Source: Candidatus Doudnabacteria bacterium (GTDB lineage Bacteria > Patescibacteriota > Doudnabacteria > UBA920). From it: 64,000 nucleotides of DNA. The translations under genes and the position numbers were made by a program. The notes beneath the pieces were generated by a model. It saw only the letters and a list, made by a program, of their open reading frames with translations. It did no database searches and was not told where the DNA came from. Location of the stretch: contig JARLHZ010000004.1 in assembly GCA_031291995.1 (NCBI GenBank), positions 5,272-69,271 of the forward strand, read 5' to 3'. This document shows, piece after piece, positions 37,749-47,298 of this stretch (position 1 is the first letter of the stretch; each line of letters starts with the position of its first letter).

Positions 37749-38219
37749 CTAAAATTTAAACCGGTGCATAATTTTTTGTGCCGTGGTTTCCTGGGTCAGG
37801 TGGTGTTCGGGCAAGAACCGAACCAGAAAATTTCTGACTTCTTCGGGATCCTGCCGCTCTAGTTCCAAAATTACGACATTGTTAACCAGGGCGGAAGAAT
37901 GGAAGTTTACCGTTTGGTGCCGGTCGTTGTTAACAATCCAGAAATATTTAAGCTGTTTATAAGGGTAGGACAGATTGCCAAAGCGAATGCCCCGTTCATT
38001 GATTTCAATTTCCACGCGCTGGGGGGTTTGGCGGGCAAAAATAATAATTAACGCGCCGATAATGGCCAAGCTGACCGCCGCAAAGTAATCGCTTTCCACA
38101 ATAATGAAAAAAGCAATAAGTAAAATAAAAACCGCGACTAAAGTTATATACCATCCGGAAGTTTTGGGGTAATACTTAAATTCGTGCGCTTCCCAGGAAA
38201 TCGGGCTGAGGTTAGACAT
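37749..38219 (-). CDS. Conserved CPR membrane protein (DUF5673-like)
   Basis: WEAHEF...WY, two TM helices, 'EINERGI...YPYKQLKYFW'. Confidence 0.75.
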   Translation of the reverse strand: MSNLSPISWEAHEFKYYPKTSGWYITLVAVFILLIAFFIIVESDYFAAVSLAIIGALIIIFARQTPQRVEIEINERGIRFGNLSYPYKQLKYFWIVNNDRHQTVNFHSSALVNNVVILELERQDPEEVRNFLVRFLPEHHLTQETTAQKIMHRFKF

Positions 38220-38260
38220 AATGCTTTAGATTCATTAAAATATAGCAAGGTGTTATATTT

Positions 38261-38349
38261 GGAGAGGTCGCATAGTGGTTTAGTGCTCCGGTCTTGAAAA
38301 CCGGCAGGGCCAAAAGCTCTCGAGGGTTCGAATCCCTCCCTCTCCGCCA
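38261..38349 (+). tRNA. tRNA-Ser(TGA)
   Basis: GGAGAGG...CCGGT-CT-TGA-AA-ACCGG, long variable arm, GGTTCGAATCC, ends GCCA. Confidence 0.97.
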
Positions 38350-38386
38350 AGTTAATTACATTATACCATTTTTTTCAATAATAACA

Positions 38387-38417
38387 AAAACGGCTTTTCT
38401 CTAGAAAAAGCCGTTTT
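38387..38417. terminator. Bidirectional intrinsic terminator
   Basis: AAAACGGCTTTT...AAAAGCCGTTTT. Confidence 0.75.
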
Positions 38418-38526
38418 ATTTTTGTTTCAGGATTATGGTCCAAAGCCCGGCTGTCGCCGCGTTTCGGATAATCTGTCGTCCTGAATCGGGAAAAGAAAGA
38501 TTTTCTTTTCGCCGGTCAAAACAACA

Positions 38527-39795
38527 TTAGGGATGGAATTTTGGAGCGGGGTCTTCTATTATAAACCCGCCGGTAGCCACGTTGGGGTCGGGCGTAAAGT
38601 TAAACATCGGGGTACTCGTGGCCTCGCTTTCCGCCGTTGTCGTGCCATTTTTTGAGGTAAAGGCTCCTTCCACTTTTTTGGCGCCCGGAGTGCTGGTCGC
38701 GGTGGGCTGGGATTCCGTAGCGGCCGTAGTAGTTGCCGCGATGCCGGGAATGGACGCAATTGTAGTAGTAGTGGTGGTAGAGCCGGAAGCGGAATCGGCA
38801 CCGTCTGTTAGCAAAATTTGGGTTGCCACCAGCATATTCTGTTCCGGTTTGCCAATGGCATTGACCGTTTGCCCGGCCGATAAATCGGATAGCCGCAGCA
38901 TGTCCCCGGAATTATTGGTAATAACAGTTTGCGGGTCGGTGTTAAACGTAATTTTTTCCACCGTAATCTTTCCGTTCTGAATGGTGTTTATTACGCCCAA
39001 TACCGTTACCATGGTGGAAGTGTTATTAAGCTGGGCCAGCGCCTGGCTGTTATCGGCAATGGTCATTGCCTGCTTAATTTGCGAGAGCTGTTTGGTGTTA
39101 TTGTTTAAGGCCGTCAACGCGGTTTGAGCCGCGGTTTGGATTTGTTTGTCGGACTTGATTTGTTTTAGCAATGATTGCTGTTTTTGAGTCAGGTCTTCCA
39201 GGGAATTCAGCAGCGGCTTGTTGCTTTGCGCCTGCGGGTCTGTTTGAGTGACTCCGGCCGCCGCCGCCAGCGCATTGGTCGTCTGGCTGGAAAGTTCGGT
39301 TAAGGCCGCGGTTTGCGCCTGCTGGCTATTTTGGCTTGGATTACTGAATATCTGCTGGGCTTCATCCAGGCGTTTTTGCGCAAACGCGATTTGCAGATTG
39401 GCTTTGGCCTGCGGATCCATGGCAAATATCAATTGTGTCTTTTCCTCGGCGCGTTTGAGGGCGAACAGGCTGTTTCCCGGCAAAGAATTTCTGGCCGCGT
39501 ATGCCGTAAAGGCGCCCGCGGACAAAAGCAGCATTAACCCGCTGCTTACGGCGGCAAACTTAAATGTGTAGGACCATTTCAGCCAGTACAACTTGGTTTT
39601 GCTAAGAGCATACTTTCTTTGCATCAGCGGAGTTGGTACTATCGCTTTCGGCATGTCCAGAAGCATTCGGCTAACGTCCAACAGGGGAGACATATCGTGA
39701 TTGGCCTCGTTAAAACTTGCCAGGATGTCCTGTTTGGAATGCCCCGCCGCGAGTTTGGCGAGCGCTTGATTGAAAATGTCTTCCCGGCTGTTCAT
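38527..39795 (-). CDS. Putative anti-sigma factor (DUF5667 plus DUF5666-like OB domain)
   Basis: TM helix, then SLPGNSLFALKRAEEK...FAQKRLDE; directly downstream of an ECF sigma. Confidence 0.75.
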   Translation of the reverse strand: MNSREDIFNQALAKLAAGHSKQDILASFNEANHDMSPLLDVSRMLLDMPKAIVPTPLMQRKYALSKTKLYWLKWSYTFKFAAVSSGLMLLLSAGAFTAYAARNSLPGNSLFALKRAEEKTQLIFAMDPQAKANLQIAFAQKRLDEAQQIFSNPSQNSQQAQTAALTELSSQTTNALAAAAGVTQTDPQAQSNKPLLNSLEDLTQKQQSLLKQIKSDKQIQTAAQTALTALNNNTKQLSQIKQAMTIADNSQALAQLNNTSTMVTVLGVINTIQNGKITVEKITFNTDPQTVITNNSGDMLRLSDLSAGQTVNAIGKPEQNMLVATQILLTDGADSASGSTTTTTTIASIPGIAATTTAATESQPTATSTPGAKKVEGAFTSKNGTTTAESEATSTPMFNFTPDPNVATGGFIIEDPAPKFHP

Positions 39796-39801
39796 GTATG
39801 G

Positions 39802-40398
39802 TTAAATTTCGTTCGCGGGTTTTTCCGCGCTGATTAATTCCTGAAGCTTGGTAATGGCTCGGTGCTGAATAACCCTAACCGCTCCTTCGCTTTTGTGGAG
39901 CATTACGGCGATTTCCGCGTTATCCAAACCTTCCAGAAACTTTAATTTTATGACAATTTGCTGTTCATGCCCCAATTCCTTCATCAGTCTCAATAAAATT
40001 TTTTGCTGCTGCTGGAGATCCAAAACATCAATAATGTTGCTCTCATATTCCAGCGAATTTTCCAGCTCTTCAATATCGATTATCTGCTTTTTTTGCCGAT
40101 AATGGTCAATTACCAGGTTCCGCGCGATTTGATATAGCCAGCCCTGAAAGGAGGCATTATCGCTTACGTCGGACAATTTGGTGAACGCCCGCAAAAAAAC
40201 GTCTTCGGCCAAATCTTCGGCCAGCTGTTTATGCCCGACGCGGAAGAATATAAAACGATAGAGTTTTTTAAAATACAATTCGTAAATTTCCGTCAGGGCC
40301 TCCTGGTTGCCCTGCTTGGCTTTCGCCAGCAGAGCAGCCAAGGCGTCTTGGCCGGTAAAATTCGCGTTGCTTATATTGTAGACGGAATTTATGTCCAT
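39802..40398 (-). CDS. ECF RNA polymerase sigma factor
   Basis: AEDLAEDVF, WLYQIARNLVIDHYR, EIAVMLHKSEGAVRVIQHRA. Confidence 0.95.
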   Translation of the reverse strand: MDINSVYNISNANFTGQDALAALLAKAKQGNQEALTEIYELYFKKLYRFIFFRVGHKQLAEDLAEDVFLRAFTKLSDVSDNASFQGWLYQIARNLVIDHYRQKKQIIDIEELENSLEYESNIIDVLDLQQQQKILLRLMKELGHEQQIVIKLKFLEGLDNAEIAVMLHKSEGAVRVIQHRAITKLQELISAEKPANEI

Positions 40399-40612
40399 TT
40401 GTTACAGACTGGAAGGTTATTAAGCAATAATTTGGGATTTTTGGCAATGAAACTGTCAAAAATACATGATTCCGGAGAAAAATTTAGGAATTAAGCCGTA
40501 ATCACATATCTATTTTACCATATTTAGGCGATTATTGGTGCCTAAAGCTCTTCACACATAAACCCTAATTTGCTAGTCTTATAATAAATAGTATATTAAT
40601 TAACGAAAAATT

Positions 40613-41008
40613 ATGTTTAAAGGCTTTAAAGATTTTGTGTTGCGGGGCAATGCGGTGGATTTGGCCGTAGGCGTGGTTATGGGAGCCGCTTTTGGCACCG
40701 TGGTTAACGCATTGGTTAAGGATTTCTTAACTCCGTTGATCGGGATTATTTTTAGGATTCCTCATTTATCCGGATGGAGCCTGACCATAAACGGCAGTAC
40801 TTTTTTGTTTGCCGACCTGATTAATTCGTTTATTGCCTTTTTACTGGTTGCTCTGGCTGTTTATTTTTTTGTCGTGGTGCCGATGAATACCCTGACAACC
40901 AAATTTAAAAAGCCCGTTGAGCCTGGGACTAAAAAGTGTCCAGATTGTTTGAGCGACATCCCCCTTGCCGCAAAGCGTTGCGCATTTTGCGGACAGGTAA
41001 TAGTTTAA
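40613..41008 (+). CDS. mscL: Large-conductance mechanosensitive channel with C-terminal Zn-ribbon
   Basis: FKDFVLRGNAVDLAVGVVMGAAF; CPDC...CAFC tail. Confidence 0.95.
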   Translation: MFKGFKDFVLRGNAVDLAVGVVMGAAFGTVVNALVKDFLTPLIGIIFRIPHLSGWSLTINGSTFLFADLINSFIAFLLVALAVYFFVVVPMNTLTTKFKKPVEPGTKKCPDCLSDIPLAAKRCAFCGQVIV

Positions 41009-41022
41009 ATTATGCTGACTAG

Positions 41023-41043
41023 TGTCAAGGGTCGCCCTTGACA
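41023..41043. repeat. Short REP-like palindrome
   Basis: TGTCAAGGG-TCG-CCCTTGACA. Confidence 0.6.
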
Positions 41044-41056
41044 TAGATGTTTTTGA

Positions 41057-41100
41057 ATAAAATCAGCGTTTTTGACGGCCGACAAAAACGCTGATTTTAT
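41057..41100. terminator. Bidirectional terminator
   Basis: ATAAAATCAGCGTTTTTG...CAAAAACGCTGATTTTAT between convergent genes. Confidence 0.8.
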
Positions 41101-41112
41101 AAAAGCCGAAAA

Positions 41113-42177
41113 CTACCATCTTTTTATTTTTTCCCACACGTGCTGCCACCACAGGGAAACTTTGTAAAAGTAAGGATGCGAGTCGGGGACAAAGTGCCAA
41201 AGCAGCCAAATCATTATGGCCCAAAAAGCGAACCAGGCCATAGCCTCGGGAAAACCATCATGGTTATGATAATGGTGGATGTTTCCATCTTGCACGTAAG
41301 TCCAATGCCACCGCGCGGCTTTAAATGGCCAGACAATAAAACTATAAAGGCAGAGCCAAACTAAAACCGCGACCCAAATCGGAATTCCGGCCGGCACGGC
41401 ATAGCCTAATATCATGCCCTTCGTGGCCAGGCTGAGCAAGCCGAGTAACCAGAGTACCGACAACACGCCAATTATCAGGCCAAAAAACGGAATGTATCCC
41501 GGACCGTGATTGCTATACATTTCCTGGCGCCGGCGCTGTTTTTCTTCGCGGTGCTGCTGCTTTATTTCGTGCCGCCATTTTTTCCATTCGCCTTTGTCGG
41601 CAAAATTGTGGTATTCCTGTTTGGCCTTATCTACCCATTCCTGGGCGGTAAAGGGTCGGCCAAAAGCCTGGGCTTTTTCCTTTGAGGTCTTGGCCTTGGG
41701 AATCACAATCATCATAATTAAATAAACCAAAATCCCGAAGCCTTGGGTTACTAAAGTTAAAATAATAAAAATCAGGCGGATTAATGTTACGTCGGCGTTA
41801 AAATAGGCGGCTAAGCCGGTGCAAACGCCTCCGAATATGGCTCCTTCGCGAATAAGATACAATCGCTTGGGCGCGCCAGCGCTGTCATTTTGGCTCGAGT
41901 TAGCGGTTTCGTCTGTTTTTTGAGAACCCTGAACCGGCCCCATTTCCTTAAGAACTTCGTCGACTTCTTTTTCTAAAACCACTGTTTTTCCCGCGGCCAA
42001 AAACCGGCTGAATTTTTCGGCCACGGCCTGTTCCAGGTCGGCAATTATTTCTTCTTTGTCGGGATCCTCGCCGAGCCGAGTCCGGGCCTCTTGCAAATAA
42101 TTTTGCAGTTTTTCGTAACCGCCTTCTTCCAGCAAAAACGCGCGGCCGTTTAAATTTATGGTGATAACTTTGTTCAT
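41113..42177 (-). CDS. PspC-domain membrane protein
   Basis: MNKVITINLNG...IIADLE; PspC motif RLY...GGVCTGLAAYF...IRLIF. Confidence 0.9.
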   Translation of the reverse strand: MNKVITINLNGRAFLLEEGGYEKLQNYLQEARTRLGEDPDKEEIIADLEQAVAEKFSRFLAAGKTVVLEKEVDEVLKEMGPVQGSQKTDETANSSQNDSAGAPKRLYLIREGAIFGGVCTGLAAYFNADVTLIRLIFIILTLVTQGFGILVYLIMMIVIPKAKTSKEKAQAFGRPFTAQEWVDKAKQEYHNFADKGEWKKWRHEIKQQHREEKQRRRQEMYSNHGPGYIPFFGLIIGVLSVLWLLGLLSLATKGMILGYAVPAGIPIWVAVLVWLCLYSFIVWPFKAARWHWTYVQDGNIHHYHNHDGFPEAMAWFAFWAIMIWLLWHFVPDSHPYFYKVSLWWQHVWEKIKRW

Positions 42178-42181
42178 AGTA

Positions 42182-42508
42182 CTAAAGCTGGTTAATGGTT
42201 AGGTTAATATTTTCCAAATAATCGAGAAGGGTTTTAAGCTGTTCCTTGCCTTTGGCGGTTAGCGAGTAATATTTGCGGGGCGGCCCCGATTCGCTTTCTA
42301 CCCAGGCGTAGTCTACGGCTTCTTCCCGGCGCAGCCGGCTGAGCAGGGGATAGAGCGTTCCTTCCTGCGTGGCAAAATCGGTAACCTTGAGTTTTTCCAG
42401 GATATCGGCGGCGTAAGCTTTTTTCTTGCTGATAATTTTTAACACGGCCGCCTCCAAAAGCCCCTTGCGGATTGGTCCAAATTTTTCTTCCAAGTTGGAG
42501 TTAACCAT
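42182..42508 (-). CDS. PadR-family transcriptional regulator
   Basis: EGTLYPLLSRL, GPPRKYYSLT. Confidence 0.95.
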   Translation of the reverse strand: MVNSNLEEKFGPIRKGLLEAAVLKIISKKKAYAADILEKLKVTDFATQEGTLYPLLSRLRREEAVDYAWVESESGPPRKYYSLTAKGKEQLKTLLDYLENINLTINQL

Positions 42509-42522
42509 AAAAAGTCATTAAA

Positions 42523-42546
42523 GCTACCTTTTTATATAAAGGTAGC
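42523..42546. promoter_or_regulatory. Putative PadR operator palindrome overlapping the padR promoter
   Basis: GCTACCTTT-TTATAT-AAAGGTAGC 15 nt upstream of the padR ATG; TTGACA on the minus strand at 42562-42567. Confidence 0.6.
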
Positions 42547-42744
42547 ATAGACAAAAAATGTTGTCAAGTTTTTGGCGGGTAAAGATATAATTATATTTTT
42601 CCGTCGTTATTAACTATAGCGGCCAATTTCGGGTAATAGCCGGTTCATAACAAGTAATATTTAAAATTTTCCCGGCCGCGGCGAGTTATTTAAGATTCCT
42701 TGATAATTTTTAATTAAATGAAACACAAAAGGAGGTGATGAATT

Positions 42745-42933
42745 ATGGCAAAATATGGAAAAACGGCGCAAAAAAAAGTTAAACGCGCCATGCACGAAAT
42801 GAAGCGCGGAAAATTAATTAGCGGGCGAAGTCATAAGAAAGTGCGCAGTCGGCGACAGGCCATAGCCATCGGACTGTCAGAGTCCGGAAAAATGGGTGCC
42901 AAGGTTTCCAGGCCGAGAAAGAACATAAGTTAG
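42745..42933 (+). CDS. Small basic DUF6496-like protein
   Basis: KVKRAMHEMKRGKL.SG...VRSRRQAIAIGLSE; strong AAGGAGGTG RBS. Confidence 0.85.
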   Translation: MAKYGKTAQKKVKRAMHEMKRGKLISGRSHKKVRSRRQAIAIGLSESGKMGAKVSRPRKNIS

Positions 42934-42963
42934 CTGGTAATCTTAAATTTATAAGGAGAAACT

Positions 42964-43116
42964 ATGCTGTTATTTATTGCGATTATATTATTGGTTCTAT
43001 GGGGTTTGGGTCTGGCACTGCATGTTCTGGGCGGATTTATTTACATGTTTTTGGTGGCCGCTTTATTGGTTGGGTTGGCGCATTTTGTCAAAGGGAATAA
43101 GACGTCTAACTTATAA
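42964..43116 (+). CDS. lmo0937/DUF5670-like 50-aa membrane protein (absent from ORF track)
   Basis: MLLFIAIILLVLWGLGLALHVLGGFIYMFLVAALLVGLAHFVKGNKTSNL; AAGGAG RBS. Confidence 0.8.
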   Translation: MLLFIAIILLVLWGLGLALHVLGGFIYMFLVAALLVGLAHFVKGNKTSNL

Positions 43117-43129
43117 TTAACTGACATTT

Positions 43130-43378
43130 ATGGGAATTATATTATGGATAATTTTTGGCGCGCTGGTCGGCTGGATTGCCTCGGCTATTATGGGCAGGAA
43201 TGAGGGGGTAGTTATGAATATTGTAATCGGTATCGTTGGGGCAATAATCGGCGGTTGGATTATGAGCGCCATTGGCTCAACCGGGGTAACCGGGTTTAAC
43301 CTATACAGCTTTCTGGTCGCCTTGCTCGGCGCGGTAGTACTTATCTTTATAGTCAGAGCGATTCGTGGAATGGCCTAA
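43130..43378 (+). CDS. GlsB/YeaQ/YmgE family stress membrane protein
   Basis: WIIFGALVGWIAS...NIVIGIVGAIIGG...VALLGAVVL. Confidence 0.92.
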   Translation: MGIILWIIFGALVGWIASAIMGRNEGVVMNIVIGIVGAIIGGWIMSAIGSTGVTGFNLYSFLVALLGAVVLIFIVRAIRGMA

Positions 43379-44119
43379 AAAAAGGGGTCAGGAGCCATTT
43401 ACTAGAAGATAGTTTTGTGGTATCTTTAAAATATGCCCAGATCCCAAAGAGCCGACATAGCCAATATTATTTACCATGTCATCAACCGGTCCAATGCCAG
43501 AATGGCCATTTTTGAAAAAGCCCAGGATTTTCTGGCCTTTTTGGAAGTTTTAAGTGAAGCCAGGGAGAAGTTTCTTGTGGAAGTTCTGGCTTTTTGCATA
43601 ATGCCCAACCATTGGCATTTAATTTTAAAACCTTTAAAATACGGGGAACTGTCCAAGTTTATGGCCTGGCTGACAATGACCCATACCCAGCGCTGGCATG
43701 CCTTTCACCACACCGTCGGCAGCGGCCATTTGTATCAGGGCAGGTACAAGTCTTTTCCGGTTCAAACCGATGAGTATTTTATTCAACTAGTCCGGTATGT
43801 GGAAAGAAACCCATTAAGAGCAAAGTTAGTCAAAAGTGCCGAAGACTGGAAGTGGGGCAGTTTATGGTTAAGGCAGCAGGGGACTTTACAACAAAAGCAA
43901 TTACTCGGTTCCTGGCCCATACCGCCGAGTAAAAATTACCTGAAGTTGGTTAATACTGTTCAACCTATAGCCGAAGTCGACTCTATTAGAACCGCCATTG
44001 CAAAAAACCGACCCTTAGGAGACGACCGCTGGGTACAACGCACGGCTAAGACATTGGGTTTAACATCCTCATTAAGAAACCCGGGTAGGCCAAGAAAAAA
44101 CGGCTCCTGACCCCTTTTT
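43379..44119. mobile_element. IR-bounded RAYT/Y1 transposase cassette
   Basis: Perfect 18-bp IR AAAAAGGGGTCAGGAGCC (43379-43396) / GGCTCCTGACCCCTTTTT (44102-44119). Confidence 0.75.
43433..44110 (+). CDS. REP-associated tyrosine transposase (Y1_Tnp, HUH)
   Basis: YHVINR, CIMPNHWHL (HUH), YVERNPLRA, DWKWGS. Confidence 0.93.
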   Translation: MPRSQRADIANIIYHVINRSNARMAIFEKAQDFLAFLEVLSEAREKFLVEVLAFCIMPNHWHLILKPLKYGELSKFMAWLTMTHTQRWHAFHHTVGSGHLYQGRYKSFPVQTDEYFIQLVRYVERNPLRAKLVKSAEDWKWGSLWLRQQGTLQQKQLLGSWPIPPSKNYLKLVNTVQPIAEVDSIRTAIAKNRPLGDDRWVQRTAKTLGLTSSLRNPGRPRKNGS

Positions 44120-44316
44120 GTTCCTCAACCTCCTGCCGATATGAACGATAAAGTTTCCCGGACTTTCAACCCCAAATCACATAGTGTGCGAGTACTCGGA
44201 GATTAAAAGTTATGAAATTCGCAAATTGTCAGGAAACACTAAACTGGCTAAAAAACTGCGGAGAAAAAATACGACAGCTTGAACATAACCGTTATTTTTT
44301 CGCAAAAGAAAAACCC

Positions 44317-44574
44317 TCAAAGGGGTTTGGTTAAGCTGTCAGTTAACATAGTTTTTATCGTTGTTCTGCCTTTGGCGGTTTTTAAGTACATCTCCCGTCT
44401 TTTTGCGTCTTTGGTTGAGATATAAGCTTCATAAAACAGCAACTTCCATGGCCTGTAGGGTTTTGTTGCTATGGATAAGCCATCGTTGTGTTGCCTGAAC
44501 CTTTGCCGTAGGTCAGTCGTATATCCGATGTATAACCTACCTTTGAGGTTGCGTAAGATATAAACGTAAAACAT
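44317..44574 (-). CDS. Small GIY-YIG nuclease
   Basis: YVYIL...LYIGYTTDLRQRF.QHN...RE.YLK. Confidence 0.93.
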   Translation of the reverse strand: MFYVYILRNLKGRLYIGYTTDLRQRFRQHNDGLSIATKPYRPWKLLFYEAYISTKDAKRREMYLKTAKGRTTIKTMLTDSLTKPL

Positions 44575-44623
44575 ATTTGTTTTTTATGCCCCCCAACAGT
44601 TTAGTGTTGGGTTTGGTATCCCA

Positions 44624-44728
44624 GCACCATTCGGTGCGGGATTACCACGGCACCAGCCCGTGGCTAATTTACACTGGTTTAAAGGATTGGTCGCAAGCGG
44701 TTGGCTACGGCCACGCACCGAATGGTGC
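44624..44728. repeat. 15-bp inverted repeat pair between tRNA-Glu and the GIY-YIG gene
   Basis: GCACCATTCGGTGCG (44624-44638) / CGCACCGAATGGTGC (44714-44728). Confidence 0.8.
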
Positions 44729-44730
44729 CG

Positions 44731-44805
44731 TGGTAGCGCTACCGGGAATCGAACCCGGATTTAGTGGATGAGAACCACTTATCCTAACCATTAGATGATA
44801 GCGCC
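44731..44805 (-). tRNA. tRNA-Glu(CTC)
   Basis: GGCGCTA...AGTGG-TT-CTC-AT-CCACT...GGTTCGATTCC...TAGCGCTACCA. Confidence 0.96.
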
Positions 44806-45029
44806 ATATAAGGATTTGTCGGAGCTTTGGTTGATTTACTTGATAATCTCATCAATTTTACCAAATTTTGCGAAAAGCCTCAAGGTATGGCATACTAATA
44901 AAAAGCTTATGCTACTAAAATAACGCTGATAGGCACGCTGATTATGCCGCTGAAACTTCAGGTCGCTTTGATCCTGGCAGTAAGAATCAGTAGTCATTCA
45001 GCGGAAAAAGTACTTATTCGAAACAAAAC

Positions 45030-46271
45030 ATGCCGAAACAAAAGCTGTTTTTTCCCAAGGATTTTTTGTGGGGTGCTTCCACTTCGGGGCATCAGACAGA
45101 AGGCAACAACACCAACAGTGATTGGTGGGCTTTTGAACATAGCCAGCGCCGGGAGGCAGTGCTTAAGGCAGCGGGGAAAAATATTCCTGACTATCAAAGC
45201 GGTATTGCCTGTGACAGCTACAATAGGTATGACGAAGATTTCGCTTTAGCCCAGCATCTTAACCATAACGCCACGCGTATTGGCATTGAATGGGCGAGAA
45301 TTGAACCGGAAGAAGGAAAATTTTCCGAAAAAGAACTGGCTCATTACGAAAAAGTTTTGCAATCGGCCAAATTCCACGGTCTGCAGACTTTTGTCACGTT
45401 GCACCACTATACATTGCCCAAGTGGCTGGCCGATAAGGGCGGATTTTTAAACCCGGCCTCCGTAGGATTGTTCGCCCGCTACGTGTCCGCGGTCTCGCGG
45501 CGGCTTAACCAGTATACCGATTTTTGGTTGACAATAAACGAGCCGGAAGTTTACGCCACACACTCTTATTTATTGGGCCGATATCCGCCCAAGAAAAAAA
45601 GCCTGTTTAAAACATTGAAGGTGGTAAATAATTTGGTTGATGCCCATAACCAGGCCGCGAAAATTTTAAAATTTGAAACCGGCAAACCGGTGAGTATGGC
45701 CTATCAGCTGTCCGATTTGGAACCTTCCGGATTTTTCAGCCATTTTACCCATTTTTTGGCGGAATATTTGGCTAATGAATATATTATAAACCGGACCATC
45801 GGCACCTGCGATTTTATTGGGGTAAACTATTACATCCACCATCACATTGGTTTTTGGGGTATCAGGAAACACAGCCATAGTAAGCATGAACAAAACGATT
45901 TAGGATGGGGGATACATCCCGACGGTTTGGAACGCCTGCTGGTCAATTTGAAAAAACACAATAAGCCAATTTACATTACCGAGAACGGGATTGCCGACTC
46001 AAAGGACATTAAAAGGGAAAAATTCATTAAAGACCATTTATACCATGTGCACTGCGCCATACAAAAAGGCGTGGACGTGCGCGGTTATTTATACTGGTCG
46101 TTAATCGACAACTTCGAGTGGTTACACGGTTTTTGGCCGCGGTTTGGGCTGGTTGAAATCGACCGGGAAGACTTGCTTCGCCGGAAGGTCCGTTACAGCG
46201 CTTTAAAGTACGCGGAAATTTGCCGGACCAATTGTTTGGAAGTGGATGCGTCCCAAGTGCATAACATATAA
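45030..46271 (+). CDS. Glycoside hydrolase family 1 (beta-glucosidase-like)
   Basis: FPKDFLWG, TINEP (acid/base), YITENG (nucleophile), DNFEW. Confidence 0.95.
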   Translation: MPKQKLFFPKDFLWGASTSGHQTEGNNTNSDWWAFEHSQRREAVLKAAGKNIPDYQSGIACDSYNRYDEDFALAQHLNHNATRIGIEWARIEPEEGKFSEKELAHYEKVLQSAKFHGLQTFVTLHHYTLPKWLADKGGFLNPASVGLFARYVSAVSRRLNQYTDFWLTINEPEVYATHSYLLGRYPPKKKSLFKTLKVVNNLVDAHNQAAKILKFETGKPVSMAYQLSDLEPSGFFSHFTHFLAEYLANEYIINRTIGTCDFIGVNYYIHHHIGFWGIRKHSHSKHEQNDLGWGIHPDGLERLLVNLKKHNKPIYITENGIADSKDIKREKFIKDHLYHVHCAIQKGVDVRGYLYWSLIDNFEWLHGFWPRFGLVEIDREDLLRRKVRYSALKYAEICRTNCLEVDASQVHNI

Positions 46272-46273
46272 TA

Positions 46274-47161
46274 ATGATTACGCTGCTTACAATCTTCCAA
46301 TATCTTATCCAGGCCGTGGTGGACTTAATGGATAAGTTTTTAATTACGGCGCGCAAACTGGAGCCGGTGAAGTATACCTTTTATACGGTTGCGACGGGCG
46401 CCTTGCTGGCCGTATTGTGGCCCTGGAATTTTGCCGTTATCCCGTTGAAGTTTATAGTTTTGGATTTATTTTCCGGCGCTTTTTTTAGCCTGGCAATGTA
46501 TGTATTTTTTGTGGCCTTGTCTCAGGGCGAAGTTTCCCGCGTGGTGCCGTTTGTGTTTGGCCTGGTTCCGGTATTTGACGTGGTTATTTCCCTAATTACC
46601 GGCCACAATAGTTTGCGGATCAATGAGCTTGCCGCGGTATGCCTGCTTATTCCCGGAGCGCTGCTGATTTCCCATCAAAAACACGCCGGTTGGATAAAGC
46701 ATGCCGGCCTTAAAGTTTTAAGCGCGCTGCTGTTCAGTGTTTATTACGCATTGTGGCAATTCGGGGCGCAAAGCGGCCCCGTGCTGAACAATTTGATTTG
46801 GAACAGGCTGGGCGCCGCCGCGATTTTAGTTTTGCTGCTGTTGGTTCCGGTTTTTAGGAAAAAAGTTTTTTCGATAGATGAAGTAAAAAATCGCGCCAAC
46901 ACCTCGTTTTTATTTTTATTTAAACAGGTTTTGGGAGGTGCGAATTTTATATTTTTGAGCTTTCTATTTGTGGTCGGGAAAATTTCGATAATTAACGCCC
47001 TGCAAGGCTTTCGTTACGCGTTTTTGCTGTTATTGAGTTTTCTGCTGGCCCGCCACCATATGCATTTAATGGATGAAAAAACCGACCGAAAGGTGGTAAT
47101 TCAAAAAACCGCGGGAATAATTTTAATATTTATCGGCACGGTCTTATTGTTTGTGACGTAG
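46274..47161 (+). CDS. EamA/DMT-superfamily transporter
   Basis: About 10 TM helices; ALSQGEVSRVVP motif. Confidence 0.8.
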   Translation: MITLLTIFQYLIQAVVDLMDKFLITARKLEPVKYTFYTVATGALLAVLWPWNFAVIPLKFIVLDLFSGAFFSLAMYVFFVALSQGEVSRVVPFVFGLVPVFDVVISLITGHNSLRINELAAVCLLIPGALLISHQKHAGWIKHAGLKVLSALLFSVYYALWQFGAQSGPVLNNLIWNRLGAAAILVLLLLVPVFRKKVFSIDEVKNRANTSFLFLFKQVLGGANFIFLSFLFVVGKISIINALQGFRYAFLLLLSFLLARHHMHLMDEKTDRKVVIQKTAGIILIFIGTVLLFVT

Positions 47162-47169
47162 TTTATAGT

Positions 47170-47284
47170 TGTGTCATCCCGAGCCGGAACATTACAGGGA
47201 TCAAAGGCGAGGGATCCCTTAACGCGAGATAATCGATTAATTTTAGGGATTCCTCAGTCGGCCGCACTCCTTCGGAATGACACA
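47170..47284. repeat. REP/REPIN-like element
   Basis: TGTGTCATCCCGA...GAGGGATCCCT...AGGGATTCCTC...TCGGAATGACACA. Confidence 0.8.
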
Positions 47285-47298
47285 GTAAAAAATCTAAA

